Positions 40,411-51,906 of a DNA stretch of 64,000 bases are shown piece after piece. Both the position numbers and the translations under genes were made by a program. The DNA is from Planktothrix pseudagardhii (GTDB lineage: Bacteria; Cyanobacteriota; Cyanobacteriia; Cyanobacteriales; Microcoleaceae), in the NCBI RefSeq assembly GCF_904830925.1, contig NZ_LR882967.1, positions 3,426,106-3,490,105 of the forward strand, in the 5' to 3' direction. A model generated the notes under the pieces. The model had not been told where the DNA came from. It searched no databases and was given only the letters and a program-made list of their open reading frames with translations. Position 1 is the stretch's first letter. Each line of letters begins with the position of its first letter.

Positions 40411-40560
40411 TTACCGTAGACGTTTTTCTTCTTCTCTGCGTCTGCGATCGCGCCATTCTGCGAGAGTTAAATAAATTACACCCCCCGTAAAAATAATCAG
40501 CAGAGAGAAAGCAACCAATACCAAAATATCAACAATTGTCAACTGTTGTAAAACTTCCAT
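40411..40560 (-). CDS. Possible 49-aa single-TM small protein with a basic tail.
   Basis: MEVLQQLTIVDILVLVAFSLLIIFTGGVIYLTLAEWRDRRRREEEKRLR. Has an ATG start but no clear RBS. Confidence 0.25.
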   Translation of the reverse strand: MEVLQQLTIVDILVLVAFSLLIIFTGGVIYLTLAEWRDRRRREEEKRLR

Positions 40561-40671
40561 AGGTCAATTCAAAAAGCAGTTTTTATCCATTTTAATTGAA
40601 AAGGTAGGAGAGATGACATCAATTCATTGATCATCACCCCTTCTACAACCGAGAAACCGAGTTTGTACTGT

Positions 40672-42375
40672 TTAAACCGCAGGTAACTCATCTAAAATAG
40701 TAAACCGAACATGATTAATTGCTAAAGTACCCACAGAGACTTTTTCTCGGTCAACATCAACCCCTTGATTGGTTAATCGTTGAAAGCGGATTCCTTTGCC
40801 AATTTCAATATGATACCAAGCTAAACCCATAAAAAACCGCAACGGATAGGGCCCCCCTTCTTGAATATCATCCGGGTTAGATTCCATGGGAACCCAACCG
40901 AAACCCGGAATATAAAATTCCAACCAAACATGATTATATTCAGGTTCTAAAGAAACCCCTCGACGGTCAGCAAACTGCGGACATTTATACCGTCCAATGG
41001 TGCGGCAAGCAATGCCATTTAATCGGGCTAAAGCTAATAAAACTCCTACATATTCCCCACAGGAACCAATCCCTCGCTTCAAAACCACATCAGGATTTTC
41101 AATCTTAGAAGTCAGACTATAGGATAACTGATCATAAACATAATTGCGAATACTTAAAAGTTGCCGTAAAAAATTAGTTTCATTGCGAATCGCAGCTTGG
41201 GCGGCTTCTTGAACAATAGCCGTATTCATGGCTAAATGATCATCATCAACTAAATATTTTTGGGGAAAATCCGGTGACAAACGAGGAATATTTTCCACCT
41301 GACGAGGATTAATTTGATATTTAATACTTCTAACTTCTAACAACGCTTTCCAACCAAAAATTAAACGTTCTGTTGAAGTTAACGGATTAAATCTGAAAAC
41401 CGCGACTTTTTCCCCCTCTTCAATTTCTTCCCTAAAGGGAATCCCAATATAAGACACTTCCACAACTTTTTGCCGTTTCGTATTAGACGGTAAAGCAATT
41501 CGCCATTCTAAATCTTCAATGTAAACGGCATCTAACGGTTCTAACTCTTCTACATAAGACATTTCGATCAAATAGCCATTAGATGTAGCATAATGCTCGG
41601 ATTCGTTATAATGAAAATAGAGAGGATGGATAAACGTGCGATCGCGTTTTGCTAATTGAAATTGTTCATAGGAACTGGGATTATCTCGAATATAAAGCTC
41701 ATCCCCAGCATAGGCAACATAAAGAACTTCCTCACCCGTTTCAGGATCAGTATAAAAGGTTAATCCCGTGGGAGATTCAAACGGTGTTAACACACTAAAT
41801 CGCGTTTCTCCCGTTCCCCGTTCTAAACAATATACCGTTTGTTCTTCTCGATCACAAACCCATAATTCCTCATTTTTAATCGTGAGATTTTCTACTCCAA
41901 TTCCTGGGGAATGGAAGCGCGTAATTTCCTGTCGGGTATTGCGACTATAAACTAAGATAGAAGCCAGTCGATCACAAGCTAAATAAAGGGTAGATTCCCA
42001 AACCGCAATTCCGGTGACAGCATAAGGTAATTCCAGAAACAATAGAGGCTCAAGATTAACAATAGAATTCCCTGCAATCACTTGGGGACAATAATAAACT
42101 TCTCGACCGCGAGTAAACCAAAGGGTATTTTCCCAGACCGCTAACCCTGTAACATCTCTAAATGCTAACGTTAAATCAGGATTAACCACCGTTGCATTAT
42201 CGGTTTTGGGGTCAATTTTAAGTAAAAATCCGCGTAAGGTATCAACGGCAAATAAGGAATTTCCTACCCCAATTAACCCATATAAAGCAGAAACCCCCAT
42301 CGGTCGAATTGTCCGGGGTTTAAAACCCGTATTTTGCCCCAAAGTTGGTGAGTTAAGATTCATAGAAATTGTCAT
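40672..42375 (-). CDS. Transglutaminase-like cysteine protease domain protein with an N-terminal beta-propeller-like repeat region.
   Basis: C-terminal GSCGEYVGVL...NHVWLEFYIPGFGWVPME (Cys-His-Asp core). N-terminal repeated TG(L/I)AVWE(N/S)TL(W/Y) blades. Confidence 0.7.
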   Translation of the reverse strand: MTISMNLNSPTLGQNTGFKPRTIRPMGVSALYGLIGVGNSLFAVDTLRGFLLKIDPKTDNATVVNPDLTLAFRDVTGLAVWENTLWFTRGREVYYCPQVIAGNSIVNLEPLLFLELPYAVTGIAVWESTLYLACDRLASILVYSRNTRQEITRFHSPGIGVENLTIKNEELWVCDREEQTVYCLERGTGETRFSVLTPFESPTGLTFYTDPETGEEVLYVAYAGDELYIRDNPSSYEQFQLAKRDRTFIHPLYFHYNESEHYATSNGYLIEMSYVEELEPLDAVYIEDLEWRIALPSNTKRQKVVEVSYIGIPFREEIEEGEKVAVFRFNPLTSTERLIFGWKALLEVRSIKYQINPRQVENIPRLSPDFPQKYLVDDDHLAMNTAIVQEAAQAAIRNETNFLRQLLSIRNYVYDQLSYSLTSKIENPDVVLKRGIGSCGEYVGVLLALARLNGIACRTIGRYKCPQFADRRGVSLEPEYNHVWLEFYIPGFGWVPMESNPDDIQEGGPYPLRFFMGLAWYHIEIGKGIRFQRLTNQGVDVDREKVSVGTLAINHVRFTILDELPAV

Positions 42376-42572
42376 GGTGATAAAATAACGATCTTTAGTG
42401 CGTGTATGAGGTCAAACTTCAGATTAACCATCGGAAACAAAACCAACCGTTTCCTCAAATCCGATTTCGCCTCAAACATTTAAGATTAAGCACAGATTTT
42501 GACAACTTTCGCAGGAACATTGGATACAATAGTTCTGTCAAGAAATGCTACTCTGCTAATCGGTGAGCTTCA

Positions 42573-43466
42573 TTGATTATGGCTAGGCCAATGTTTTTCC
42601 TCCACCGTGCAACACTTGGACTAACGTTACTGTTGCAAATCATTTTGGGCAATAGTTTAATTGTACCCATCGCCCATTCAGCATCTTTACCTCCTCTTGG
42701 GGGAGATGAACAGCAGGGAATCACTCCTAGACAGGGGGACAAGGCTCAGAACTCTGAACCCTCCTCGCCCACGGGTCATTCACCCTTTACGAATTGGAAT
42801 GCCTTTACCCCACCTCAACGGGGTGTACCGGGGCGTCGGGAAGGGGGCGGAACTCGGGGTGGAGATTGTCCCAGTCCAGTGACTGCCTTAATCCCAGAGT
42901 CTACAATGGGGCGCACAGCGTCAAAACAACCTGCCTTTTTTCTTTATATTCCAGGGACACTCGATCAAAAGGTAACTGAATTTGAAATTACCGATGAAAT
43001 CGATAAAACCCTATATAAAACCACCTTTACCCTCAATATTGATCGCCCTGGAATTGTGGGAATTCAATGGTCTCCTAACTCTAAATTTATTACTTTAGAA
43101 GACGATAAAAATTATCGCTGGTATCTGACTATTAAATGTGATGTCAGTGATTCTTCAAAAGATATTCTTGTAAGTGGATGGATTAATTCAGCCACTTTAA
43201 CGAATGAGCAAAAACGTCAATTAGAACAAACTCAAGATCCCTTAGAAAAGCTTAAAATCTATGTTCAACAGGGGCTTTGGTATGAAACAATGGCAACTTT
43301 AGCCAGCTTACGATTAGAACAATCCAGAGATGTAGCGATTAAAAATCAATGGAATCAACTCTTACAATCTATTGGTTTTGATCCGGCTTTAAAAGAAACT
43401 CAAAATGAAAAAAATAAAGCTCAGACAATTCTTGATGCGCCTATTTTAAAAATTCAAATCAATTAA
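42573..43466 (+). CDS. DUF928-family secreted protein.
   Basis: Signal peptide, Gly/Arg-rich PPQRGVPGRREGGGTRGGDCP motif and a C-terminal conserved block. This family is typically paired with TpsB/CHAT genes in cyanobacteria. Confidence 0.55.
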   Translation: MIMARPMFFLHRATLGLTLLLQIILGNSLIVPIAHSASLPPLGGDEQQGITPRQGDKAQNSEPSSPTGHSPFTNWNAFTPPQRGVPGRREGGGTRGGDCPSPVTALIPESTMGRTASKQPAFFLYIPGTLDQKVTEFEITDEIDKTLYKTTFTLNIDRPGIVGIQWSPNSKFITLEDDKNYRWYLTIKCDVSDSSKDILVSGWINSATLTNEQKRQLEQTQDPLEKLKIYVQQGLWYETMATLASLRLEQSRDVAIKNQWNQLLQSIGFDPALKETQNEKNKAQTILDAPILKIQIN

Positions 43467-43678
43467 TTCAGTCCCTCTCTAAAAACCGAGTTTTTGACTC
43501 TAATTTTAGAGAGAAAAATCAAGATATTTTTTTCAGAAACCCGATTTTTTGGGGGTTGTCTGCATTAATCTCGACCGTATTCAATTCCGCTCCTATTCAC
43601 TGTTGCCTGTTTTCTAATCTAAACTAAACTTAACCTAGTTAGCCACCAACCCCATCGTTCACCAAAAGTAGGCATTTT

Positions 43679-45505
43679 ATGGGTAGGAGTGAAAATCTGA
43701 TTCATTTTCGTCAGTGTGGAGTGATTTTAACCAGTACCCTATTGCTGGTTTTATCCCTATTTTCTCGTCAAGGTCTTTCTCAAACTCGTTCCTTTGCTGC
43801 GACTGGGGAGTTGTGCGATCGCCAAAATTGTCCGACTTTGGCCCAAGGCGGATCAATTAATATTCCGCCCCAAGTTCCCCAACCCGATCCCAACAAAGAT
43901 CGATTTTTACCACGACCTCCTATTCCGCCTAAACCGGAACCCCCCAATAACCCAGAGTTACAACCCACTCCCACTCCTAGCCCAACGCCGAACCCACCCA
44001 CAGATGAAACCCCCATTCCCGTTCAAAAAATTAACGTTACAGGTAGCACAATTCTCACTTCAGAGGAACTTCAAACCTTAGTTACCCCCCTAGAAAATCG
44101 TTCTGTGACTCTGACGGAACTACGGGAACTCGCCGATAAAATTACAGCGATTTATTTAGAACGAGGTTACATTACCTCTAGGGCAATTGTTCCTGAACAA
44201 ACGATTAACAATGGCATTGTCGAGATTCAGGTCATTGAAGGAACTTTAGAAAATATTGAAGTTGAAGGAATCAAACGCCTCCATCCGTCCTATATCACCA
44301 GTCGCATTCGTTTAGGCGCGGAAAAACCCCTGAGTACGGCCTCCTTAGAAGATCAATTGCGACTGTTACGCATTAATCCCTTATTTGAAAGTGTAGAAGC
44401 TAGTTTAAGGGCGGGAACCCAAGAAGGCCAAAGTATTCTGATTGTTCGAGTGGTAGAAGCACCGCCTTTCGGGGTGAGTCTCAATATTGATAACTATTCC
44501 CCCCCAAGCATCGGTTCTGAACGCATGGGAATTAGTGTGCGTCATCTTAACCTAACAGGTCGGGGAGACTTTCTGGGACTATCCTACAATACGACTCGTT
44601 TAATTGCGGATGGTGAATCGGATATTATCGACGCCTTGTATAGCATTCCCATCAACCCCATGAACGGAACTATACAATTGCGAGTCCAACCTTACCAAAA
44701 CCGCATTATTCAAGATCCCTTTGATGCGTTGAATATTGAAGGAAAATCTCAACGCTATGAAATCAGTTATCGTCAGCCAATTATCCGTAACCCCATCGCT
44801 GAATTAGCTTTATCTTTTGGCTTTGCGTATCAAGATAGTCAAACCCTTTTAGATAATAACGGAGAACCTTTTGCATCCGGGCCAGATAGTAATGGGTATA
44901 CGCGCACCAGTGTTTTGAAGTTTGGACAAGATTATGTGATTCGAGATACGGAAGGGGCTTGGGCTTTGCGATCGCAATTTAACCTGGGTTTAGATATTCT
45001 CGGCACTACGGATGTCGGCACACCCAATGCTTCCTTTTTGAGTTGGTTAGGTCAAGTCCAACGGGTACAACGACTAGGGGAAGATAATTTATTAATTGCT
45101 CAAGGCGATATTCAACTATCGGCTGATCCGTTATTTCCTTCCCAGCAATTTGTGATTGGAGGAGCTTTATCTTTAAGAGGATATCGTCAAAACGTCCGGG
45201 CTGGAGATAATGGCTTTCGGATTTCCCTCGAAGATCGAATTACCCTAGATCGAAATCAAGACTCTGAACCTGTATTTCAACTAGCGCCCTTTATTGATTT
45301 TGGTGGGGTTTGGAACAATGACAGAAATCCCAACCGGATTATTGGTAAAACCTTTTTAGCAGGTGCAGGATTAGGCGTAATTTGGCAACCAGTTTCCGGG
45401 TTAAATCTCCGCCTTGATTATGGTCTTCCCCTCATTGGTATCGATGATCGAGGCAATAATATTCAAGATGATGGAATTTATTTTGGTGTTACTTATACCC
45501 CTTAA
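43679..45505 (+). CDS. ShlB/FhaC/HecB-family TpsB outer-membrane transporter (POTRA plus beta-barrel).
   Basis: POTRA region INVTGSTILTSEELQTLVTPLENRSVTLTELRELADKITAIYLERGYITSRA. C-terminal beta-barrel ending ...GVTYTP. Confidence 0.8.
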   Translation: MGRSENLIHFRQCGVILTSTLLLVLSLFSRQGLSQTRSFAATGELCDRQNCPTLAQGGSINIPPQVPQPDPNKDRFLPRPPIPPKPEPPNNPELQPTPTPSPTPNPPTDETPIPVQKINVTGSTILTSEELQTLVTPLENRSVTLTELRELADKITAIYLERGYITSRAIVPEQTINNGIVEIQVIEGTLENIEVEGIKRLHPSYITSRIRLGAEKPLSTASLEDQLRLLRINPLFESVEASLRAGTQEGQSILIVRVVEAPPFGVSLNIDNYSPPSIGSERMGISVRHLNLTGRGDFLGLSYNTTRLIADGESDIIDALYSIPINPMNGTIQLRVQPYQNRIIQDPFDALNIEGKSQRYEISYRQPIIRNPIAELALSFGFAYQDSQTLLDNNGEPFASGPDSNGYTRTSVLKFGQDYVIRDTEGAWALRSQFNLGLDILGTTDVGTPNASFLSWLGQVQRVQRLGEDNLLIAQGDIQLSADPLFPSQQFVIGGALSLRGYRQNVRAGDNGFRISLEDRITLDRNQDSEPVFQLAPFIDFGGVWNNDRNPNRIIGKTFLAGAGLGVIWQPVSGLNLRLDYGLPLIGIDDRGNNIQDDGIYFGVTYTP

Positions 45506-45557
45506 TCCCAGTAGGGGAGGGGTTTTCCCGCCCTAACTTAGTTATCAGATGATTAAG

Positions 45558-45794
45558 CTACTTTCTAAATTGATTAAATTCTGTTTCAGTAATTCCCATT
45601 TGCTTCAAAATTTGGGACAACAGCCAACCACCTATTTCAGCATTCCCATGAATCGGGATTGTTGTTGCTCGTCCATCTGGATGTTGCCAACGAGCATGAC
45701 TTCCTTTCTGTCTAACTTTTTCAAACCCTAATATTCGGGCAACTTTTTCTAACTCTTTAACTTTAGCTGGCATTAGCAACCACCAACTCAACAT
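45558..45794 (-). CDS. hicA: HicA toxin (type II TA). Likely start at 45773 (MPAKVKE...).
   Basis: KGSHARWQHPDGRATTIPIHGNAEIGGWLLSQILKQMGI is the canonical HicA/YcfA pattern. Confidence 0.8.
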   Translation of the reverse strand: MLSWWLLMPAKVKELEKVARILGFEKVRQKGSHARWQHPDGRATTIPIHGNAEIGGWLLSQILKQMGITETEFNQFRK

Positions 45795-45996
45795 CTTCCG
45801 GTAATGTCTCTCCTTTGTCTTGATATTCTTCCTGAATCATTTCAAAAACATAAACTAATTCAGATAAAGCTTCTTGTGAGCTTTTTCCCCAAGCATGACA
45901 ACCCAAAATTGCTGGAACATAAGCAACAAACGTTCCGTTATCATCAGGACGGGTAACAATCGTATAGTCTTGTAAAATCTTCATGGCTATCAGCAT
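45763..45996 (-). CDS. hicB: HicB antitoxin (UPF0150-type).
   Basis: 77 aa. YTIVTRPDDNGTFVAYVPAILGCHAWGKSSQEALSEL is the HicB RNase-H-like fold pattern. Overlaps hicA by 11 nt. Confidence 0.75.
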   Translation of the reverse strand: MLIAMKILQDYTIVTRPDDNGTFVAYVPAILGCHAWGKSSQEALSELVYVFEMIQEEYQDKGETLPEDVELVVANAS

Positions 45997-46059
45997 TATC
46001 AGTCTTGATTTTAATTTTAACTGATTGGCGATCGCTCATCTCGTGGAACAGGCATCTTG

Positions 46060-46140
46060 CCTGTTTTCCTGAAACTTTTGACTTTTGAAGACTTTTGACG
46101 GGCGGGACGCCCGTTCCACTTTTCACTTTTCACTTTTGAC
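46060..46140. repeat. Cluster of ACTTTT(G/C)A direct repeats with two short hairpins, upstream of hicB.
   Basis: acttttgacttttgaagacttttgac gggcggga cgcccg ttccacttttcacttttcacttttgac. Confidence 0.35.
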
Positions 46141-46669
46141 TATGATTGAGAGAATTTTGCAAAAATTAATATTTAACTCGGTTGGTTTTGATCCTAAGAT
46201 TTTTAAGGGTTTTTCCTGAAAATAATCCGTACAATTGCTTAGTGTTTTTTTGAAAAAACTCCTCAATTACACCCGAAAGATTTAATATTCATCAAAATTT
46301 TACCCAGGGAAACCCTTGGTCAAGACTCCTAACTCTCTTTGATCTGGGGTGATCAGTGGGGGTAACTTTTTTACCGTTGCAGACACTTCTATTTTATTTT
46401 TTTGCTTATTGTAACCATTTTTATAAAAATTGTTATATAAAATAATAATTTTTTTTAAAAGAAAGCTTGAAGCTGATTCTGGGTTGATTAAATTAAAATA
46501 AATCTTTAATAAACTAGAAAGCTTGAGTTTATAGCCCTATCCATTAAACTTGCCCCTTTATTTTCTGGGGTAGTTATGCCAATAATGGCTGTATCGAACC
46601 AGAAAACCCACTGCTCCAGCAGTCAACCGTCAACAGTTTTTAATAAAAACCGATTAAGGAGAAGCCAGC

Positions 46670-47536
46670 GTGAAATTAGCAGTCTACGGTAAAGGCGGAA
46701 TTGGTAAATCAACCACAAGCTGTAATATCTCAGCCGCTTTAGCCAAACGAGGTAAAAAAGTCCTGCAAATTGGCTGCGATCCCAAACACGACAGCACCTT
46801 TACCCTCACAGGATTTTTAATCCCCACGATTATTGATACCTTGCAAGAAAAAGACTTTCATTACGAAGATATTTGGCCAGAAGACGTGATTTATAAAGGC
46901 TATGGGGGTGTCGATTGCGTAGAAGCGGGTGGCCCTCCAGCAGGCGCAGGATGTGGCGGTTACGTTGTGGGAGAAACCGTCAAACTCCTCAAAGAACTCA
47001 ACGCCTTTGACGAATACGATGTGATTCTGTTTGACGTTTTAGGGGACGTGGTTTGTGGTGGGTTTGCTGCCCCCCTCAACTATGCCGACTATTGCGTCAT
47101 TGTCACCGATAATGGCTTTGATGCCCTATTTGCGGCCAACCGCATCGCCGCCTCAGTCCGCGAAAAATCCCGGACTCACCCTTTACGATTAGCAGGATTA
47201 ATCGGAAATCGCACCTCTAAACGGGATCTGATTGAAAAATATATTGAATCTGTTCCCATGCCTGTTTTAGAGGTATTACCCTTAATCGAGGACATTCGGG
47301 TGTCCCGCGTTAAAGGAAAAACCTTGTTTGAGATGGCCGAAAGTGATCCATCCCTCAACTACGTTTGTGATTATTATCTGAATATTGCCGATCAACTGCT
47401 GTCACAACCCGAAGGAGTAGTTCCTCAAGACGCGCCAGATCGGGATTTATTCACCTTGTTATCAGATTTTTATCTAAATCCGACTCAACCCCTTGTTCAA
47501 AGTCAGGAAGATGAGCTAGACCTGATGATGGTTTAA
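46670..47536 (+). CDS. chlL: Light-independent protochlorophyllide reductase iron-sulfur ATP-binding protein ChlL.
   Basis: [23 protein letters not shown]-loop, NifH-like fold, Cys ligands and aaggagaag RBS. GTG start. Confidence 0.95.
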   Translation: MKLAVYGKGGIGKSTTSCNISAALAKRGKKVLQIGCDPKHDSTFTLTGFLIPTIIDTLQEKDFHYEDIWPEDVIYKGYGGVDCVEAGGPPAGAGCGGYVVGETVKLLKELNAFDEYDVILFDVLGDVVCGGFAAPLNYADYCVIVTDNGFDALFAANRIAASVREKSRTHPLRLAGLIGNRTSKRDLIEKYIESVPMPVLEVLPLIEDIRVSRVKGKTLFEMAESDPSLNYVCDYYLNIADQLLSQPEGVVPQDAPDRDLFTLLSDFYLNPTQPLVQSQEDELDLMMV

Positions 47537-47572
47537 TATGTCTAGCTATCTCAGGATGAGGATATAGAGGTT

Positions 47573-49075
47573 ATGGCTTTCTTCAAAGACTTTACCACCG
47601 CGCTTAAAGATAAGTGGTTGCAATATTACCAAGCCAATCGAGAGTGGCTGGTACTGCAAATGGATTTGAATTCAATACCGACCCCCGATGGGGGTCGAAG
47701 ACCCGCCTCCTCCCTCATTTTGGGAACGATCAACGCGCTTGACCCAGAGGCAGCCCAACTCATGTTGCCCTTTTCTAAACTCAATCCAGATCCTGAAAAA
47801 CTGATTGATGTTTTAGGGCTGAATTTTGATCCCGATATAGCGTTGGGCATTAGGCCTACCCCAGGAGAATCTCCAACGGTAGTTGTTCCAACGCCAACTC
47901 CGGTTCCTCCGGCCCCTCCAGAGACACTGAATTTAGAGGAGGAAGTGACTCTGGTAGAACAACCCAATATAGCGGGTGCTGCCGTGGCCGTTGCCAGTGC
48001 TGCCGCTGTTGTTGGAGGGGCTGCGGTGATTGCCGATACCCTGGATGACTCCGATGAACTCGAGCTTGATACCGAAGAAGAAATCACCATCGATGAGATG
48101 GGCCTGGATGATTCCGGCATGGATGATGATTTCGGAATGGATGATCTGGATGCAGAGGCAATGGAGGACACTGATGTCGATGGGGATCTGGATTTAGATA
48201 TCGACACAGAGACGGCTAGCGTAGCCGAGGAAGACTTTGATCTAGGGTTGGAGGATGAATCAGAAGCCGTCGGTGCTGATGACCTAGACATGGGCTTAGA
48301 TTCCGATGAGATGGGTGCTGATGACCTGGACATGGGTTTAGATTCCGATGAGATGGGTGCTGATGACCTAGACATGGGTTTAGATTCCGATGAGATGGGT
48401 GCTGATGACCTAGACATGGGCTTAGATTCCGATGAGATGGGTGCTGATGACCTGGACATGGGTTTAGACTCCGATGAGATGGGTGCTGATGACCTAGACA
48501 TGGGTTTAGACTCCGATGAGATGACATCCGATGATTTCGATTTGAGCTTAGATTCGCAAACGGAATCGGCTGAATTAGACATTGATACCGAATCTGATGT
48601 CTGGGACGACAACGTTAATACGGAACTGGGTGAAGACACGGAGACAAGCGATGATATCGATTTTGGTTTGGAATCCTCCGATGATCTGGGTTCAGATGGG
48701 ATGGACGATCTAAGCTTAGAGTCGGAAGTTTTGGCGGCAGATGACTTGGATGGAGAAATCAGCCTAGAAGCTGACGACCTTGGTTCTGATGATTTAGGAG
48801 GGTTGGAATTAGGAGATACAGATTCAAGTCTGGATGATGATCTGGGTGATTTAGGATTGGGGGAAGATAACTCTTCCGATGGCCTGGATCTCGATACCGG
48901 AGATAATTTAGACGATTTAGGATTAGGGGATGATGATTTTTCATCCGATGATTTAGGGGATTTTAATCTCGACGATATGGGTGATTTAACAACTGGAGAT
49001 ATGGACGATATTGATATCGACGGATTAACCGGTTCTTCAGATGATGACGAAATTTCCCTGTCAGATTTTAAATAA
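47573..49075 (+). CDS. Conserved cyanobacterial chlL-chlN intergenic ORF (DUF5331-like N-domain) with an extremely acidic repetitive C-terminal region.
   Basis: Globular N-terminus (MAFFKDFTTALKDKWLQYYQANREWLVLQM...), then more than 350 aa of D/E/G/L-rich sequence including six exact copies of GADDLDMGLDSDEM. Confidence 0.8.
   Translation: MAFFKDFTTALKDKWLQYYQANREWLVLQMDLNSIPTPDGGRRPASSLILGTINALDPEAAQLMLPFSKLNPDPEKLIDVLGLNFDPDIALGIRPTPGESPTVVVPTPTPVPPAPPETLNLEEEVTLVEQPNIAGAAVAVASAAAVVGGAAVIADTLDDSDELELDTEEEITIDEMGLDDSGMDDDFGMDDLDAEAMEDTDVDGDLDLDIDTETASVAEEDFDLGLEDESEAVGADDLDMGLDSDEMGADDLDMGLDSDEMGADDLDMGLDSDEMGADDLDMGLDSDEMGADDLDMGLDSDEMGADDLDMGLDSDEMTSDDFDLSLDSQTESAELDIDTESDVWDDNVNTELGEDTETSDDIDFGLESSDDLGSDGMDDLSLESEVLAADDLDGEISLEADDLGSDDLGGLELGDTDSSLDDDLGDLGLGEDNSSDGLDLDTGDNLDDLGLGDDDFSSDDLGDFNLDDMGDLTTGDMDDIDIDGLTGSSDDDEISLSDFK
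48272..48523 (+). repeat. Six in-frame tandem copies of a 42-bp unit inside the acidic ORF.
   Basis: Units differ only at synonymous positions (cta/ctg, ggc/ggt, gat/gac). Confidence 0.9.
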
Positions 49076-49183
49076 TTTCCTGGTTTAGTTTCCCTAATTC
49101 TTAATCGAGGTTGGACTTTGAATCCGCAGGATTTTAAGTCATGGATACTCTTGTCTAATTTTGATTAACTAACATTCGATTAA

Positions 49184-50602
<1,419 letters not shown>

Positions 50603-50736
50603 TCGCTTTAGACAATCGATTAGTATAATGAAGGGGGTGATTGAATGCGATCGCCCTTTTTATGCAGTGGGAGTGAACCAAAATATAATTCCATATAAAA
50701 AGTTTAATATCTTTAATAAATTTTACATTAAATATA

Positions 50737-51906
50737 ATGAATTCTAAGAATATTCAATTATTTTCTTTTTTTTCTGGCGCAGGTTTTTTAGATTTAGGGT
50801 TTGAACATAGTGGCTTTAATGTTGCTTTTGTTAATGAAATTTACCCGCCATTTTTAGAGGCTTATTGTTACTCTCGACAAATCTTAGGAATTCCTGAACC
50901 CGAATATGGATATTTTGAGGATGATATTATTAACTTAACAGAAGGAAATCGAAAAGAGCATTTACAAGTTTTAGTTAAACAAACTCGCCAAACTTCAGAT
51001 TTAATTGGTTTTATTGCTGGCCCTCCCTGTCCTGATTTTTCTGTAGGGGGGAAAAATCGAGGTAAAAATGGTGATCAAGGAAAATTGACAGCGTGTTACG
51101 TTGAGTTAATTTGTCAGCAGCGACCCGATTTTTTTGTTTTTGAGAATGTTAAGGGGTTATGGTCTACGAAAAAACACCGAATGTTTTATGAAGAAATGAA
51201 GCGAAAACTTACGTTCAATAATTATCGTTTGACCGAACGTTTAATTAATGCCATTGAATATGGAGTTCCCCAAGATCGAGATCGACTGATCTTAATTGGT
51301 TTTCAAGAATCATTACTCAATAATATAGGTTTTGATAGCTGTTATAGTTCAGTAATTCCTGATGGCTTATTCCCGTGGAAACCACATATTATCTATCCTA
51401 GAGATCAGGTTTTCTCTTATTCCTGGCCTAAATTAGATTCATTTGTAGAAAATTCTGTTTTAGATTGTCCTCCGGGTATTCCTGAAGAATTAACGGTTGA
51501 ATATTGGTTTAGAAAAAATAATGTTGTTTTTCATCCTAACGCAGAACACTATTTTAAACCCAGAGCAGGTTTAGCTAAGTTTAGTATCATTCCTGAAGGA
51601 GATGATTGCAAAAAATCCTATAAACGTCTTCATCGATGGCGTTATTCTCCAACCGCTTGTTATGGTAATAATGAAGTTCATCTCCATCCCTATAAAATTC
51701 GCCGTATTTCAGCAGCAGAAGCACTGGCAATACAATCTTTACCTAAAGAATTTGTATTACCTTCTAAAATGAGTCTCAGTAGTATGTTTAAAACGATTGG
51801 TAATGGTGTTCCTTATTTAGCAGCTAGAGGTATCGCTGAAACGATTTTAGATTTTCTAAGCCAAAAATATTTAACCTATAAAGTTCCTAAGCTGTTGTGT
51901 ATTTAA
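50737..51906 (+). CDS. DNA (cytosine-5)-methyltransferase. The C-terminus abuts or overlaps the IS630 end.
   Basis: Motif I FSGAGFLDLGF, motif IV GPPCPDFS, motif VI FVFENVKGL and motif X GNGVP. Confidence 0.85.
   Translation: MNSKNIQLFSFFSGAGFLDLGFEHSGFNVAFVNEIYPPFLEAYCYSRQILGIPEPEYGYFEDDIINLTEGNRKEHLQVLVKQTRQTSDLIGFIAGPPCPDFSVGGKNRGKNGDQGKLTACYVELICQQRPDFFVFENVKGLWSTKKHRMFYEEMKRKLTFNNYRLTERLINAIEYGVPQDRDRLILIGFQESLLNNIGFDSCYSSVIPDGLFPWKPHIIYPRDQVFSYSWPKLDSFVENSVLDCPPGIPEELTVEYWFRKNNVVFHPNAEHYFKPRAGLAKFSIIPEGDDCKKSYKRLHRWRYSPTACYGNNEVHLHPYKIRRISAAEALAIQSLPKEFVLPSKMSLSSMFKTIGNGVPYLAARGIAETILDFLSQKYLTYKVPKLLCI

Noticed and set aside
42548-44081. Short ORFs around the DUF928 and TpsB genes (42548..42742, 42661..42882, 42794..42979, 43780..44016, 43794..44081).
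   Set aside because: They are alternative frames of the Gly/Pro/Arg-rich regions of the DUF928 and TpsB genes. They have no independent support.
47626-48639. 337-aa Ser-rich ORF, and a nested 103-aa ORF at 48216..48527, both on the minus strand.
   Set aside because: They are antisense reading frames of the 42-bp tandem repeat and acidic low-complexity region. The periodic SESKPMSRSSAPIS and HRSLNPC units simply mirror the sense-strand repeat. The sense ORF is the conserved chlL-chlN gene.
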